Shown: one piece after another, positions 9,273 through 17,749 of the stretch
Position numbering within the stretch: the stretch's first letter is position 1
How the letters are laid out: the number at the start of each line of letters is the position of its first letter
From: Clostridia bacterium
GTDB lineage: Bacteria > Bacillota > Peptococcia > Peptococcales > BICA1-8
Reading direction: 5' to 3'
Assembly: GCA_012800195.1 (NCBI GenBank)
Contig: JAAZJU010000018.1
Span: 1 to 36,526 of the forward strand
DNA: 36,526 bases
The notes under the pieces: model-generated
The model's database searches: none
Seen by the model: the letters and a program-made list of their open reading frames with translations, nothing else
Told to the model about the DNA's origin: nothing
Program-made: the position numbers and the translations under genes

Positions 9273-10013
9273 TTGGCTCAACCCAATTTAGAAACATTGG
9301 TTTTGGAATATAAAAAAAATGAGTCTGAGGAAAAACTAAATGAAATCTTAGTGGCCATTGAACCTTTGATAAAATACTGGTGCCAAAGTCAATGTTATAT
9401 TCCCTGGGAAAGGGAAGACTTGCTTCAGGTGGCTAGGATTGCAGTGCTAGGAGCCTTAGAAAGATTTGATCCAGAAAAAGGGATTAAGTTTAAAACTTTT
9501 GCCTATAAAACAGTGACAGGTAAGATATTAAATTATTTCCGGGACAGTACTTGGAAGGTAAGTATCCCAAGAAAATATAGAGAAATGAGTACCCATATTG
9601 CTGATACGGAAAGAAATATTTACCAAAAAACTGGTAAAGCACCTGATATTACAGAGATAGCTGCCACTTTAGGTGTAGATAAAGAAGAAATTCAAAATGC
9701 TCAAGAGGCCAAAAGAATTGCTCGAACCTCTTCCCTTTCAGAAGTTTTAGATGGAGAAGAAAATAAAACAGAAATGGGACATTTTATTGGACAAGAGGAT
9801 GGGGAACTGCAATTCATCGAGTTTAAACAGGATCTTGTGAATGCTTTAGCTCATTTGGATGAGAGGCAACGCCAGGTTATATATTTGCGCTTTTTCCAAG
9901 ACTTAACTCAGAGTAAGGTGGCCCAAGCTTTGGGAGTTTCTCAAATGCAAGTTTCCCGTTTAGAAAGGATGGCTTTAAATTCCTTAAAAAAACACCTAGC
10001 TCTTTCTCAATAA
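9273..10013 (+). CDS. RNA polymerase sigma factor, group 3, SigB/SigF/SigG-like
   Basis: Region 2 (DLLQVARIAVLGALERFDPEKGIKFKTFAYKTVTGKILNYFRD...W.VSIPR), region 3, and region 4 (LTQSKVAQALGVSQMQVSRLERMAL). TTG start after AAGGAGGGGGG. Confidence 0.85.
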   Translation: MAQPNLETLVLEYKKNESEEKLNEILVAIEPLIKYWCQSQCYIPWEREDLLQVARIAVLGALERFDPEKGIKFKTFAYKTVTGKILNYFRDSTWKVSIPRKYREMSTHIADTERNIYQKTGKAPDITEIAATLGVDKEEIQNAQEAKRIARTSSLSEVLDGEENKTEMGHFIGQEDGELQFIEFKQDLVNALAHLDERQRQVIYLRFFQDLTQSKVAQALGVSQMQVSRLERMALNSLKKHLALSQ

Positions 10014-10084
10014 GGGTTTTATTAAGACTGCATTAAATTGATAATCTGGAAAGCTTAAGCTACACTGAATAAGACAAAATATAG

Positions 10085-10116
10085 GTTTATCCTTTGAACT
10101 AGGATGGGCTTTTTTT
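10085..10116 (+). terminator. Probable terminator after the sigma factor gene
   Basis: GTTTATCCT / AGGATGGGC stem (includes G-U pairs) followed by T7. Confidence 0.5.
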
Positions 10117-10253
10117 ATCCGTTGGTAATTTTTTCGTCCAATTTGCTTTATCGAGATTAAAAGATTTTAAAATGGAAATACTGATAATAGAGGCATAACC
10201 CCAACTACGCAAGGCATATAAGTCCCCTTCTAAATTTAGATGGGGACTTATTG

Positions 10254-10397
10254 CTAGCTCTCCTTATTTGTTTTTTGATAGATCTCCTGGCAACTTGGAC
10301 AATAATAAATTTGATAAGTTTTATTAGAGAGACTATCATAGTCTGATTTTTCTTGTAAACTTACACCACAAGAGATACATAGGGGATAAAGAACCAT
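10254..10397 (-). CDS. Hypothetical 47-aa zinc-ribbon-like micro-protein (CxxC...CxxC)
   Basis: My own translation: MVLYPLCISCGVSLQEKSDYDSLSNKTYQIYYCPSCQEIYQKTNKES. GGGAG lies 9 nt upstream of the ATG. A long hairpin (10218-10251) starts 3 nt after the stop. Confidence 0.4.
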   Translation of the reverse strand: MVLYPLCISCGVSLQEKSDYDSLSNKTYQIYYCPSCQEIYQKTNKES

Positions 10398-10510
10398 TAT
10401 TATTACTCCCAAATCAAGTCTTCTTTAAAGACTAGCTTTATCTTTAAATTTAATTTAATACATTTTTTAAAAAGAAAAACCTCTTAGATTAGAATAAGGT
10501 TTATTTCCTA

Positions 10511-10546
10511 CGAATAACAAAAGTCCCGAGTTATTTATTCTCGGGG
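10511..10546 (-). terminator. Rho-independent terminator of the 53-aa minus-strand ORF
   Basis: On the minus strand: CCCGAG aataaataa CTCGGG followed by ACTTTTGTTATT. The stop codon lies in the loop. Confidence 0.6.
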
Positions 10547-10692
10547 CTTTTGATCTCACCAGATTTTTTGGGGAAATAGTTGCTAAAGGCAATAGGGTCA
10601 GCTACCTCAAGAGGAGTTTTTCCTAAGGTCTTCAATAAAGAATATTTTTCACCTAAACTTGTTTTCTTGAGCCATTCTTTTTTATGAGCCAT
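10531..10692 (-). CDS. Hypothetical 53-aa basic protein
   Basis: My own translation: MAHKKEWLKKTSLGEKYSLLKTLGKTPLEVADPIAFSNYFPKKSGEIKSPENK. Strong RBS (AAGGAGGTG) 5 nt before the ATG. The stop sits in the loop of a terminator hairpin followed by a T-rich tract. Confidence 0.55.
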   Translation of the reverse strand: MAHKKEWLKKTSLGEKYSLLKTLGKTPLEVADPIAFSNYFPKKSGEIKSPENK

Positions 10693-10814
10693 AAGACACC
10701 TCCTTAGTTCTAGTTTGTATTTTTCGAATATTTTTAAACTAATAAAAATTTGGAATTTAAAAGGATATACTTGATCGTAAACGAATTAAGAATAAGAAAG
10801 GAGGGTTAAGGTAG

Positions 10815-11930
10815 ATGGTTTGGATAAGCATCTTAATTATCTTTTTAATTGTGTTAGCTGCTATCTATATAGTTTTTTATATTAATAGAAAAATGTTATT
10901 AAAGGACATTACTGGTCTATTAAATAAAGGGTTTAAGCTGTTAAATGAAAGCCATAACTTCTCCCAAGAAAATGCCTTTATTCTCGATAATGAATGTCAG
11001 GAAATTAAAAAATTTATTCTTAAAATTAAAAATTTGTTAGCAAAACCACCGAATAATAATGAATTAGAAAATTTTTACCAAAGAGGGCAAGAATTATATG
11101 AGGAACTAGAAACAAAAGTTAAAGAAAAGAGGGGCAATTTCTCTGTTTTCATAGATTTTAAGGAAAATCTACCCTACTTACTTGTCAATATTCAAAATAA
11201 GATCCAAGAAATTATGCAAAGAGGTGAAAAACTAATTTGGGAGAATGAAGATCTAGAGGATGAAATAAGGGAAAAAGTTAATCAACAGCTCTTAGCTATG
11301 GAAGAACTAATAAATGAATATAAAACTCTTGATAAAGCCAACTTTAATAATTTTAATTTTTATATTTTAGAGGATTTGGATCAGGACTATCGCCAAAAGA
11401 TGGAGGATGGAAATAATTTCTTGAGAGAAATTGCTTTTTTCTATAAGGAATTCAAGATTTTTTTAGAGAACCTCTCAAGAAAATCCAATTTTTACATAAG
11501 CCTTGAAGAAAACGATGAAGAAAAAAGAGGTAAAAAGCGGCTGAAAGAAATTTTAGTTTCTTATAAAACCTATAAGGATGCTTCTCCAGGCAAAGCTTAT
11601 GACCGACAATTTACGGTGGCCAAAAAAAGAATTGTAACTACCCAGACAATTACTTTGAAATTTCTAATAGATGATTATAGTTTTTCATGGGAGCAAGACT
11701 TAACCGATGAGGAATTTGCAGAGATGTTTAGCGAACTTAATATTCCTTTTACGGAGAAAAAGGATGAGGATGGTTTGCCACTGGAGATAGAAAGAGTAAA
11801 ACAGAATATCCCCATTGGTCTTAAAAGGGCTCGAGCCTTTGAAATTGAGTATGGTATACCTTTCTTCCAACAATTAAATATTTACCAGCTAGCGGAGGAA
11901 CTTTTAAAAAGCACGCCCAAAGTTGTATAA
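10815..11930 (+). CDS. Membrane-anchored coiled-coil protein, function unknown
   Basis: RBS AAAGGAGGG. N-terminal TM helix (VWISILIIFLIVLAAIYIVFYI) followed by about 340 aa of charged, heptad-like sequence. Confidence 0.6.
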   Translation: MVWISILIIFLIVLAAIYIVFYINRKMLLKDITGLLNKGFKLLNESHNFSQENAFILDNECQEIKKFILKIKNLLAKPPNNNELENFYQRGQELYEELETKVKEKRGNFSVFIDFKENLPYLLVNIQNKIQEIMQRGEKLIWENEDLEDEIREKVNQQLLAMEELINEYKTLDKANFNNFNFYILEDLDQDYRQKMEDGNNFLREIAFFYKEFKIFLENLSRKSNFYISLEENDEEKRGKKRLKEILVSYKTYKDASPGKAYDRQFTVAKKRIVTTQTITLKFLIDDYSFSWEQDLTDEEFAEMFSELNIPFTEKKDEDGLPLEIERVKQNIPIGLKRARAFEIEYGIPFFQQLNIYQLAEELLKSTPKVV

Positions 11931-11970
11931 CTAAGGCTCCTTTGATACATGCTACCAGAGAGGTGATATT

Positions 11971-12234
11971 ATGGGCCAAGTACAGGGCTATGTAGATAAA
12001 AATAATTTTAATTTAGACAATATTAGCGGCAGATTAAAAACCTTAGGTTATGAAATTAAGGGACAGAATTTTATTAAAAATGGGCAGATAGAGTCTGTTC
12101 TTAATGAATTGGTACCCCTTGTGGAAGAACAGGGAGTCAATGTTTTCGAAGATTTATATCTGGAGGAATATATACCTTCTGGAGAAATTGTGGCCAAATA
12201 CCAAAAAGGGAAAGTAGAGAGAAAAGAAAATTAA
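11971..12234 (+). CDS. Hypothetical 87-aa protein
   Basis: The ATG follows AGAGAGGTG. It lies 40 nt downstream of the coiled-coil gene with no terminator between them. Confidence 0.5.
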   Translation: MGQVQGYVDKNNFNLDNISGRLKTLGYEIKGQNFIKNGQIESVLNELVPLVEEQGVNVFEDLYLEEYIPSGEIVAKYQKGKVERKEN

Positions 12235-12238
12235 CATA

Positions 12239-12268
12239 TTGACAGTTGTTTTGTCAAAAGGGTATAAT
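12239..12268 (+). promoter_or_regulatory. Sigma-A-type promoter of the pyrP leader
   Basis: TTGACA (12239-12244), 18-nt spacer, TATAAT (12263-12268). Confidence 0.6.
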
Positions 12269-12293
12269 TAAAAAAACACATAGAAGACCTTCT

Positions 12294-12410
12294 ACCTTTA
12301 AATTGGTCCCGTGAGGCCAAAAAGGCGAATAGGCTAGGTATAGGCTTATTGTATAGCTGGAATTATAATACCTCCTTATTGTGCTGAAACTCACGGTAAG
12401 GGGGTTTTTT
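12294..12410 (+). promoter_or_regulatory. PyrR-type transcription attenuator (binding loop, antiterminator and terminator)
   Basis: The stem-loop CCTTTaaattGGTCCCGTGAGGCCaaAAAGG carries UCCCGUGAGG, close to the Bacillus PyrR-box core UCCAGAGAGG. CCGTGAG (12309-12315) can alternatively pair with CTCACGG (12390-12396). That segment is the 3' half of a terminator: CCTCCTTATTGTG / CACGGTAAGGGGG plus T6 (12371-12410). Confidence 0.7.
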
Positions 12411-12437
12411 ATGTGGAAAATTAAGGAGGCTATCAAT

Positions 12438-13742
12438 ATGGGAAAACATAAGAATTTATTAACATCAGGACTACTTTCATTTCAACATGTCTTAGCCATG
12501 TTTGGGGCTACCGTACTAGTACCCTATATAACAGGTTTAAACCCTTCAATTGCATTGTTGGGAGCAGGGGGAGGTACATTAATTTTCCACTTAGTTACAG
12601 GGGGGCAAGTACCAGCTTTCCTAGGTTCATCTTTTGCTTTCTTATCCGGGATTTTAGTGGTTAAGGAACTATTCGGAATGGAGTATGCTACGGGTTCCTT
12701 TATTGCTGTAGGTGCAGTATATTTTATCATGGCAGCAGTGGCCTACTTCATCGGTGCAGAGAAGATAAGAAAAGTTTTTCCGCCAATTGTTACTGGACCC
12801 ATTATAATGGTCATCGGTTTAATTCTTGCTCCAGTTGCAGTTGATATGGCATCAACAAATTGGACTGTGGCTATCATTACCATCTTAACGATTGCTCTTA
12901 CAGGGATTATAGCCAAGGGTTTTGTGCGAATGATACCAATTATAGTTGGGATTATAGTGGGTTATATCTCTGCAATAGCTTTAAATCTTGTAGATTTTAC
13001 TCCAGTTTTAGAAGCCAGCTGGTTTTATAGCTTTGAAGATTTTACAGGTATGATGATTGCTCCTAAATTTTCCTTAGATGCTATGAAAATCATCTTACCT
13101 ATCGCCCTAGTTACTATTATTGAACATATTGGGGATATAACCACTAATGGTGCTGTAGTAAAAAAAGATTTCTTTAAATCACCTGGACTGCACCGAACTC
13201 TAATGGGGGATGGTCTAGCCTCTGTCTTTGCTGGACTAATCGGCGCACCAGCCAATACTACTTATGGGGAAAACACAGGTGTTCTAGCAGTAACTAAGAA
13301 CTATAATCCTGCTTTAATCAGAGGAGCTGCGGTTATCGCCATTTTACTAAGTTTGGTTGGCAAATTTGGAGCTCTTATACAAACCATCCCTCAAGGGGTT
13401 ATGGGTGGAGTAAGTTTTGTATTATTCGGTATGATTGCTAGTATTGGAGTGAGAACCCTAGTAGAGTCTCAACCTGATTTAGGGGATATGCGTAATAGTA
13501 TAGTAGTTTTTACTATCTTAATAGTAGGAATAGTGTCTCTGCAAGGGGAAGGTAATCCAGCTAGCATAGCCCTTACTGAATATGCTTCCTTGTCAGGGTT
13601 AAGTTTAGCGGCTATCATTGGGGTCACTCTTAATGCGCTAGTAAATATTATCATGCCTTACCTATTGAGAGGAAGGGAAACCGAGGAACAGATTGAGGAA
13701 AAACATAGTCCAGGTCAACTGGCTATGGAAAAAGCTAAATAA
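12438..13742 (+). CDS. pyrP: Uracil permease (NCS2 family)
   Basis: UraA/PyrP N-terminal signature LSFQHVLAMFGATVLVP and a polytopic membrane protein. The ATG at 12438 follows AAGGAGG. It is preceded by a PyrR-type attenuator. The ORF-track start at 12381 lies inside the attenuator terminator. Confidence 0.85.
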   Translation: MGKHKNLLTSGLLSFQHVLAMFGATVLVPYITGLNPSIALLGAGGGTLIFHLVTGGQVPAFLGSSFAFLSGILVVKELFGMEYATGSFIAVGAVYFIMAAVAYFIGAEKIRKVFPPIVTGPIIMVIGLILAPVAVDMASTNWTVAIITILTIALTGIIAKGFVRMIPIIVGIIVGYISAIALNLVDFTPVLEASWFYSFEDFTGMMIAPKFSLDAMKIILPIALVTIIEHIGDITTNGAVVKKDFFKSPGLHRTLMGDGLASVFAGLIGAPANTTYGENTGVLAVTKNYNPALIRGAAVIAILLSLVGKFGALIQTIPQGVMGGVSFVLFGMIASIGVRTLVESQPDLGDMRNSIVVFTILIVGIVSLQGEGNPASIALTEYASLSGLSLAAIIGVTLNALVNIIMPYLLRGRETEEQIEEKHSPGQLAMEKAK

Positions 13743-13744
13743 AT

Positions 13745-13779
13745 AAGTCGGTGCGCAAGCACCGACTTTCCTCTTTTTT
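13745..13779 (+). terminator. Rho-independent terminator after pyrP
   Basis: AAGTCGGTGC gcaa GCACCGACTT followed by TCCTCTTTTTT. Confidence 0.9.
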
Positions 13780-13824
13780 ATGGAATAGGTATAATTATCT
13801 AAAAAGGTTCATGAAAGGAAAGAA

Positions 13825-14721
13825 GTGAAAATGAAAGAAGTCAAGATAAAATCATATGCAAAAGTGAACCTAGTGTTAGATTGTCTTTATAAAAGACCCG
13901 ATGGATATCATGAAGTAGAAATGATAATGCAAACTATTAATTTATTTGATAAAATAAATATCAAACCATATAAGGAAATAAATGTAAGAACGGACCACCC
14001 TTTGGTTCCTAACGATCAGAGAAATCTAGCTTACCAAGCTGCCCTTTTGGTACAGAAAAAATATCCAGAAATTAAAGGGGTGGAAATAAATATTGAGAAG
14101 TTTATTCCTGTAGAAGCTGGCTTAGCTGGGGGGAGTAGTAATGCTGCCAGTGTTATTCTGGGAATGAATAAGCTTTTTGGGCTATCCATGACTCAAGGGG
14201 AAATGTTAGAGATGGCTGCTAAGCTAGGCTCGGATGTACCCTTCTTTCTAACCAGTCCTACTGCCTTAGCTCAGGGCAGAGGGGAAAAACTTACTCAGCT
14301 AAAGGATTGTCCCCTATTATGGTTAGTTTTAGTAAAGCCGCCATTTGGGGTAAAGACATCAGAAGTATATCAAAATCTGAATTTAATACATAGGAAAAGT
14401 CAAACTAACATTAAAAAATACATTAAAGCCTTAGAAGAAGGAGACAAAGATTATCTTACTAAGATGCTTTATAATATTCTAGAAACTAGTACTTTAAAAC
14501 TTTATCCTGAGGTGTACCATTTGAAAGAAAGATTAAAGAAAATGGGTGCTAAAAATGTCCTAATGTCTGGCAGTGGACCTACAGTATTTGCCCTTTTTTC
14601 TTCCCAAGAAGAGGCCCAAAATTTTAGTTTAAAAATTAAAGAGGAAGCTCTACAGGTATTTTTAGCTTGTACAATAGATGGAAAACTTTATAAAGAGAGG
14701 ATTGAGGAGAATGCCATATAG
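13825..14721 (+). CDS. ispE: 4-diphosphocytidyl-2-C-methyl-D-erythritol kinase
   Basis: GHMP-kinase motif (PVEAGLAGGSSNAA) and the IspE N-terminus pattern (YAKVNL.L). The start could be GTG 13825 or ATG 13831. Confidence 0.9.
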   Translation: MKMKEVKIKSYAKVNLVLDCLYKRPDGYHEVEMIMQTINLFDKINIKPYKEINVRTDHPLVPNDQRNLAYQAALLVQKKYPEIKGVEINIEKFIPVEAGLAGGSSNAASVILGMNKLFGLSMTQGEMLEMAAKLGSDVPFFLTSPTALAQGRGEKLTQLKDCPLLWLVLVKPPFGVKTSEVYQNLNLIHRKSQTNIKKYIKALEEGDKDYLTKMLYNILETSTLKLYPEVYHLKERLKKMGAKNVLMSGSGPTVFALFSSQEEAQNFSLKIKEEALQVFLACTIDGKLYKERIEENAI

Positions 14722-15412
14722 TAAAAGATTGTTCCCGGTAAAATTAGATGGTTACAAGCCCTTAAGAGAAATAGTTTTTGAAACCATCAGAATGGCAATT
14801 ATTAATCAGGTTCTAAGACCTGGGGAAAGATTAATGGAAACACAACTAGCTGATGAATTGGGCGTTAGCAGAACCCCTGTGAGAGAGGCTATTAGAAAAT
14901 TAGAATTGGAAGGTTTAGTGGTGATGGTACCTCGGCGGGGAGCCTATGTTGCAGGTATTTCCATACGAGATATTCATGAGGTATTTCAGGTTAGAGGTGC
15001 CTTAGAAGCCTTGGCCGCATCCTTAGCTGCTGAGAGAATTACTGCTGAGGAATTAGAGGAGATGGAGAGACAATTAGTTAAAGAAGCGGAAGAAACAGAA
15101 GCAAACAATTTAAAATCAATTGTTCAAATAGATACCACTTTTCATGACATAATGTACAAAGCTTCTCGCAATCAAAAATTAATGCAAATGATAAATAATC
15201 TCCAAGAACAACTCCAAAGATTCCGTTCTGCTTCTTTAGCTAGACCTGGCAGAAGCAGAACTGCTTTGGAAGAACACAAAAAAATCGTAGAAGCTATAGC
15301 AGCAAGAGACACAAAATTAGCTGAGCAATTGGCTCTGGAACATATAGAGAATGCTGAAAATGCTATGATCCTTTCTTTGGAACAACAGGGGATTTATTAT
15401 AAAAATGAATAG
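14711..15412 (+). CDS. GntR-family transcriptional regulator with FadR-type (FCD) C-terminal domain
   Basis: Winged HTH (LRPGERLMETQLADELGVSRTPVREAIRKLELEGLV) plus an all-helical FCD domain. The ATG at 14711 overlaps the ispE end. Confidence 0.85.
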   Translation: MPYSKRLFPVKLDGYKPLREIVFETIRMAIINQVLRPGERLMETQLADELGVSRTPVREAIRKLELEGLVVMVPRRGAYVAGISIRDIHEVFQVRGALEALAASLAAERITAEELEEMERQLVKEAEETEANNLKSIVQIDTTFHDIMYKASRNQKLMQMINNLQEQLQRFRSASLARPGRSRTALEEHKKIVEAIAARDTKLAEQLALEHIENAENAMILSLEQQGIYYKNE

Positions 15413-15441
15413 TTCACTAGAAAATGAAAGGGGGCTTTCGT

Positions 15442-16203
15442 TTGATTTCAGCAATTATATTGGCTGGCAGTGACAATGACGGTTCTTTAAAGGAATGTAG
15501 TGATGCCACCAGTGAGGCCCTGATAAAAATAGGGGATAAGACAATGGTGGAGTATGTTATCAATGCTTTGGAAGAGGCTAAAGAAATACAAAAGATTGTC
15601 ATTGTAGGGCCTAAAGAAGATCTAGATAAGTTATATCATGATAGGCCTCATATTATTACTGTGGAAAGTGGAAATAGTATAATTAACAGTCTGCTTCAAG
15701 GTATCAATAGTCTGAAAGAGGATTTTGCGAAGCAGGTCTTAGTTGTTACTGCAGATATTCCCTTAATAACGGGGCAAATTATAGATGACTTTCTTGGGCT
15801 ATGTAGAAACAAAAAGAGGGATGTAATTTACCCCATAGTATCTAAGGAACAGAATGAAAAAAAATTCCCTGGAGTGAAAAGAACCTATGCCAAACTAAAA
15901 GAAGGGGTCTTTACGGGAGGAAATATCTTTATAGTTAATCCAAATATTGTAGCCCAATGTGCCACTTTCGCTGAAAAAATAATTGCTTTAAGAAAAAGCC
16001 CTTTTAAATTAGTTGAATTTATCGGATTAAGCTATGTTTTAAAATATATTTTTGGTAGATTATCGATTACTGATGCAGAAAAAAGAGTATCCGAATTGCT
16101 GGGTATCCAAGTGGAAGCTGTCATTGTTCCCTACCCAGAAATAGGGGTGGATGTTGACAAACCCAGTGATTTAGATTTGGCAACCAAGATCTTAAGCATA
16201 TGA
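15442..16203 (+). CDS. Nucleotidyltransferase (MobA-like NTP-transferase fold)
   Basis: N-terminus ISAIILAGSDNDG..., VIVGP, and the VVTADIPL motif. The TTG at 15442 lies 7 nt after AAAGGGGG; the ORF-track ATG at 15424 has no RBS. Confidence 0.65.
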   Translation: MISAIILAGSDNDGSLKECSDATSEALIKIGDKTMVEYVINALEEAKEIQKIVIVGPKEDLDKLYHDRPHIITVESGNSIINSLLQGINSLKEDFAKQVLVVTADIPLITGQIIDDFLGLCRNKKRDVIYPIVSKEQNEKKFPGVKRTYAKLKEGVFTGGNIFIVNPNIVAQCATFAEKIIALRKSPFKLVEFIGLSYVLKYIFGRLSITDAEKRVSELLGIQVEAVIVPYPEIGVDVDKPSDLDLATKILSI

Positions 16204-16208
16204 AATAA

Positions 16209-16230
16209 GGGGGCACTAGGTGCCCTTTTT
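16209..16230 (+). terminator. Rho-independent terminator after the NTP-transferase gene
   Basis: GGGCAC tag GTGCCC followed by T5. Confidence 0.8.
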
Positions 16231-16385
16231 CATTTTTAGCTTTATAGCTATTAGCAAAATAAAGGAATCTTAATAAAAGTGTAGAAATAAGTGAATAATT
16301 TATTTATAAAGCACAAAAATATTCGAATTAAAATATTCAATGGGATATTGGCATATCTCTTATCCTTAGTAATTGAGGTGTAAAT

Positions 16386-17207
16386 ATGGAAAAATGGCGT
16401 AGAAGTGAACGGATGGTCGCTATGACTAAGTTTTTATTGGAAAACCCCCGTCAGTTATTTACCCTGGGATATTTTTCGGAATTATTTCATTCAGCTAAAT
16501 CAAGCATTAGTGAGGACTTAACTATTATTAGGGAAACCCTCCAGGCTATGGGGGAGGGCACTCTAGAAACAATTCCCGGTGCAGCTGGGGGAGTAAAATA
16601 TATTCCTATTAGTAACCCAGAAAAGGAAAGCGAATTTCTAGATAATTTATCTCAAAGATTAGCTGATCCCCAACGTATATTACCGGGTGGCTATCTTTAT
16701 ATGACTGATATTATTTATGATTCCAATATTATAGCTAAGTTAGGCAACATATTTTTTACCAGATTTATTCAACATGAACCTGACTATATAGTAACGGTGG
16801 AAACCAAAGGTATTCCTTTAGCCTTGATGACAGCCAAGGCCTTTAATAAACCTTTAGTTATCATTAGGGCCGATAGTAGAGTAACGGAGGGTTCTGCCTT
16901 AAGTATCAACTATGTTTCTGGTTCCAGTAAAAAAATAGGTACCATGTCTCTAGCCAGAAGAGCCTTACCCACGGATTCTAAGGTAATTATTATTGATGAC
17001 TTTATGAAAGCGGGTGGGACAGCTAGAGGAATGGTAGATTTAATGAAAGAGTTTAAGGCTGAAGTTTTAGGGATAGGCGTTTTAATGGATACCTTAGAGC
17101 CCCAGGAAAAGTTAATTGATAATTATTTAGGTCTATTGGAATTGGTTGAATTGGACGAAAAAAACAAAAGAGTGATTATTAGAAAAAAAGTTGAAAATCA
17201 TGTATAA
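16386..17207 (+). CDS. purR: Purine operon repressor PurR
   Basis: N-terminus W/FRRSER...L.ENP...F...SAKSSISEDLTIIRE...PGAAGGVKYIP matches the Bacillus PurR pattern. C-terminal PRT-type domain (VIIIDDFMKAGGTA). Conserved position upstream of spoVG. Confidence 0.9.
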   Translation: MEKWRRSERMVAMTKFLLENPRQLFTLGYFSELFHSAKSSISEDLTIIRETLQAMGEGTLETIPGAAGGVKYIPISNPEKESEFLDNLSQRLADPQRILPGGYLYMTDIIYDSNIIAKLGNIFFTRFIQHEPDYIVTVETKGIPLALMTAKAFNKPLVIIRADSRVTEGSALSINYVSGSSKKIGTMSLARRALPTDSKVIIIDDFMKAGGTARGMVDLMKEFKAEVLGIGVLMDTLEPQEKLIDNYLGLLELVELDEKNKRVIIRKKVENHV

Positions 17208-17241
17208 AATTTCTTAAAGTTGGGAAATTTTTTAGATAAAA

Positions 17242-17269
17242 GAAGGAATTACCATTTCGTTGCCGAAAT
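17242..17269 (+). promoter_or_regulatory. Sigma-H-like promoter candidate for spoVG
   Basis: GAAGGAAT (fits RnAGGwWW), 12-nt spacer, GCCGAAA (RnnGAAT with one mismatch). spoVG is a classic sigma-H target in Bacillus. Confidence 0.5.
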
Positions 17270-17314
17270 AGGATTTATATTAATTTTTAGCATAAAGGGA
17301 AGGTGGTGACTAGA

Positions 17315-17569
17315 ATGAATATTACAGATGTACGGATTAGGAAGATTAATATGGACGGTAGAATGAAGGCCATTGTGTCTGTTACCTTTGATGATGCCTT
17401 CGTAGTACATGATGTTAAAGTAGTTGAAGGTCAAAACGGTTTATTTGTAGCAATGCCCAGTAGAAAAATGCCTGATGGTGAATTTAGGGACATAGCTCAT
17501 CCGATTTCCTCCAGTGCTAGGGAGGTTATTCAAAGTGCTGTATTAAAAGCATATGAAGAAGCAATATAA
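17315..17569 (+). CDS. spoVG: Septation/sporulation regulator SpoVG
   Basis: [51 protein letters not shown] is the canonical SpoVG sequence. The ATG lies 6 nt after AAGGTGGTG. Confidence 0.95.
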   Translation: MNITDVRIRKINMDGRMKAIVSVTFDDAFVVHDVKVVEGQNGLFVAMPSRKMPDGEFRDIAHPISSSAREVIQSAVLKAYEEAI

Positions 17570-17598
17570 TTGCACTGGAAATTAAAGAATATATGCTT

Positions 17599-17630
17599 AA
17601 GGGGGAGCTAAAGTGAGGCTCCTTTTTTTT
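17599..17630 (+). terminator. Probable terminator after spoVG
   Basis: GGGGGAGC taaagtga GGCTCC followed by T8. Confidence 0.65.
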
Positions 17631-17749
17631 GTTCCATAATTCCTCCAAAATAAAAAGTCCCGCATTGATGGATTTTGTACTTTATGATATAAATATAATG
17701 GTTAATTAGTTCCAAGCGAGCCAGAAGTCTATAGAGGGGGAACTTACTT

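Noticed and set aside
10254-10397. Calling the 47-aa CxxC...CxxC ORF a Gin/CsfB-type anti-sigma-G factor.
   Set aside because: The spacing between the Cys pairs (22 residues) and the flanking residues do not resemble the Gin pattern I know. Only the generic zinc-ribbon layout is shared.
12381-12437. ORF-track N-terminal extensions (12381 for pyrP, 8121 for the CAP protein, 17303 for spoVG, 3049 for glcD, 7396, 14678, 15424, 33107, 35171).
   Set aside because: In each case an internal start codon is preceded by a good Shine-Dalgarno sequence and gives the canonical family N-terminus or a signal peptide. The upstream starts lack an RBS or overlap terminators and leaders.
16316-16345. Possible PurBox (AATATTCGAATTAAAATATTCAAT) upstream of purR, suggesting autoregulation.
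   Set aside because: It matches the AWWWCCGAACWWT consensus only loosely (TTCGAA instead of CCGAAC), and I cannot define the expected inverted pair. Support is too weak to call a feature.
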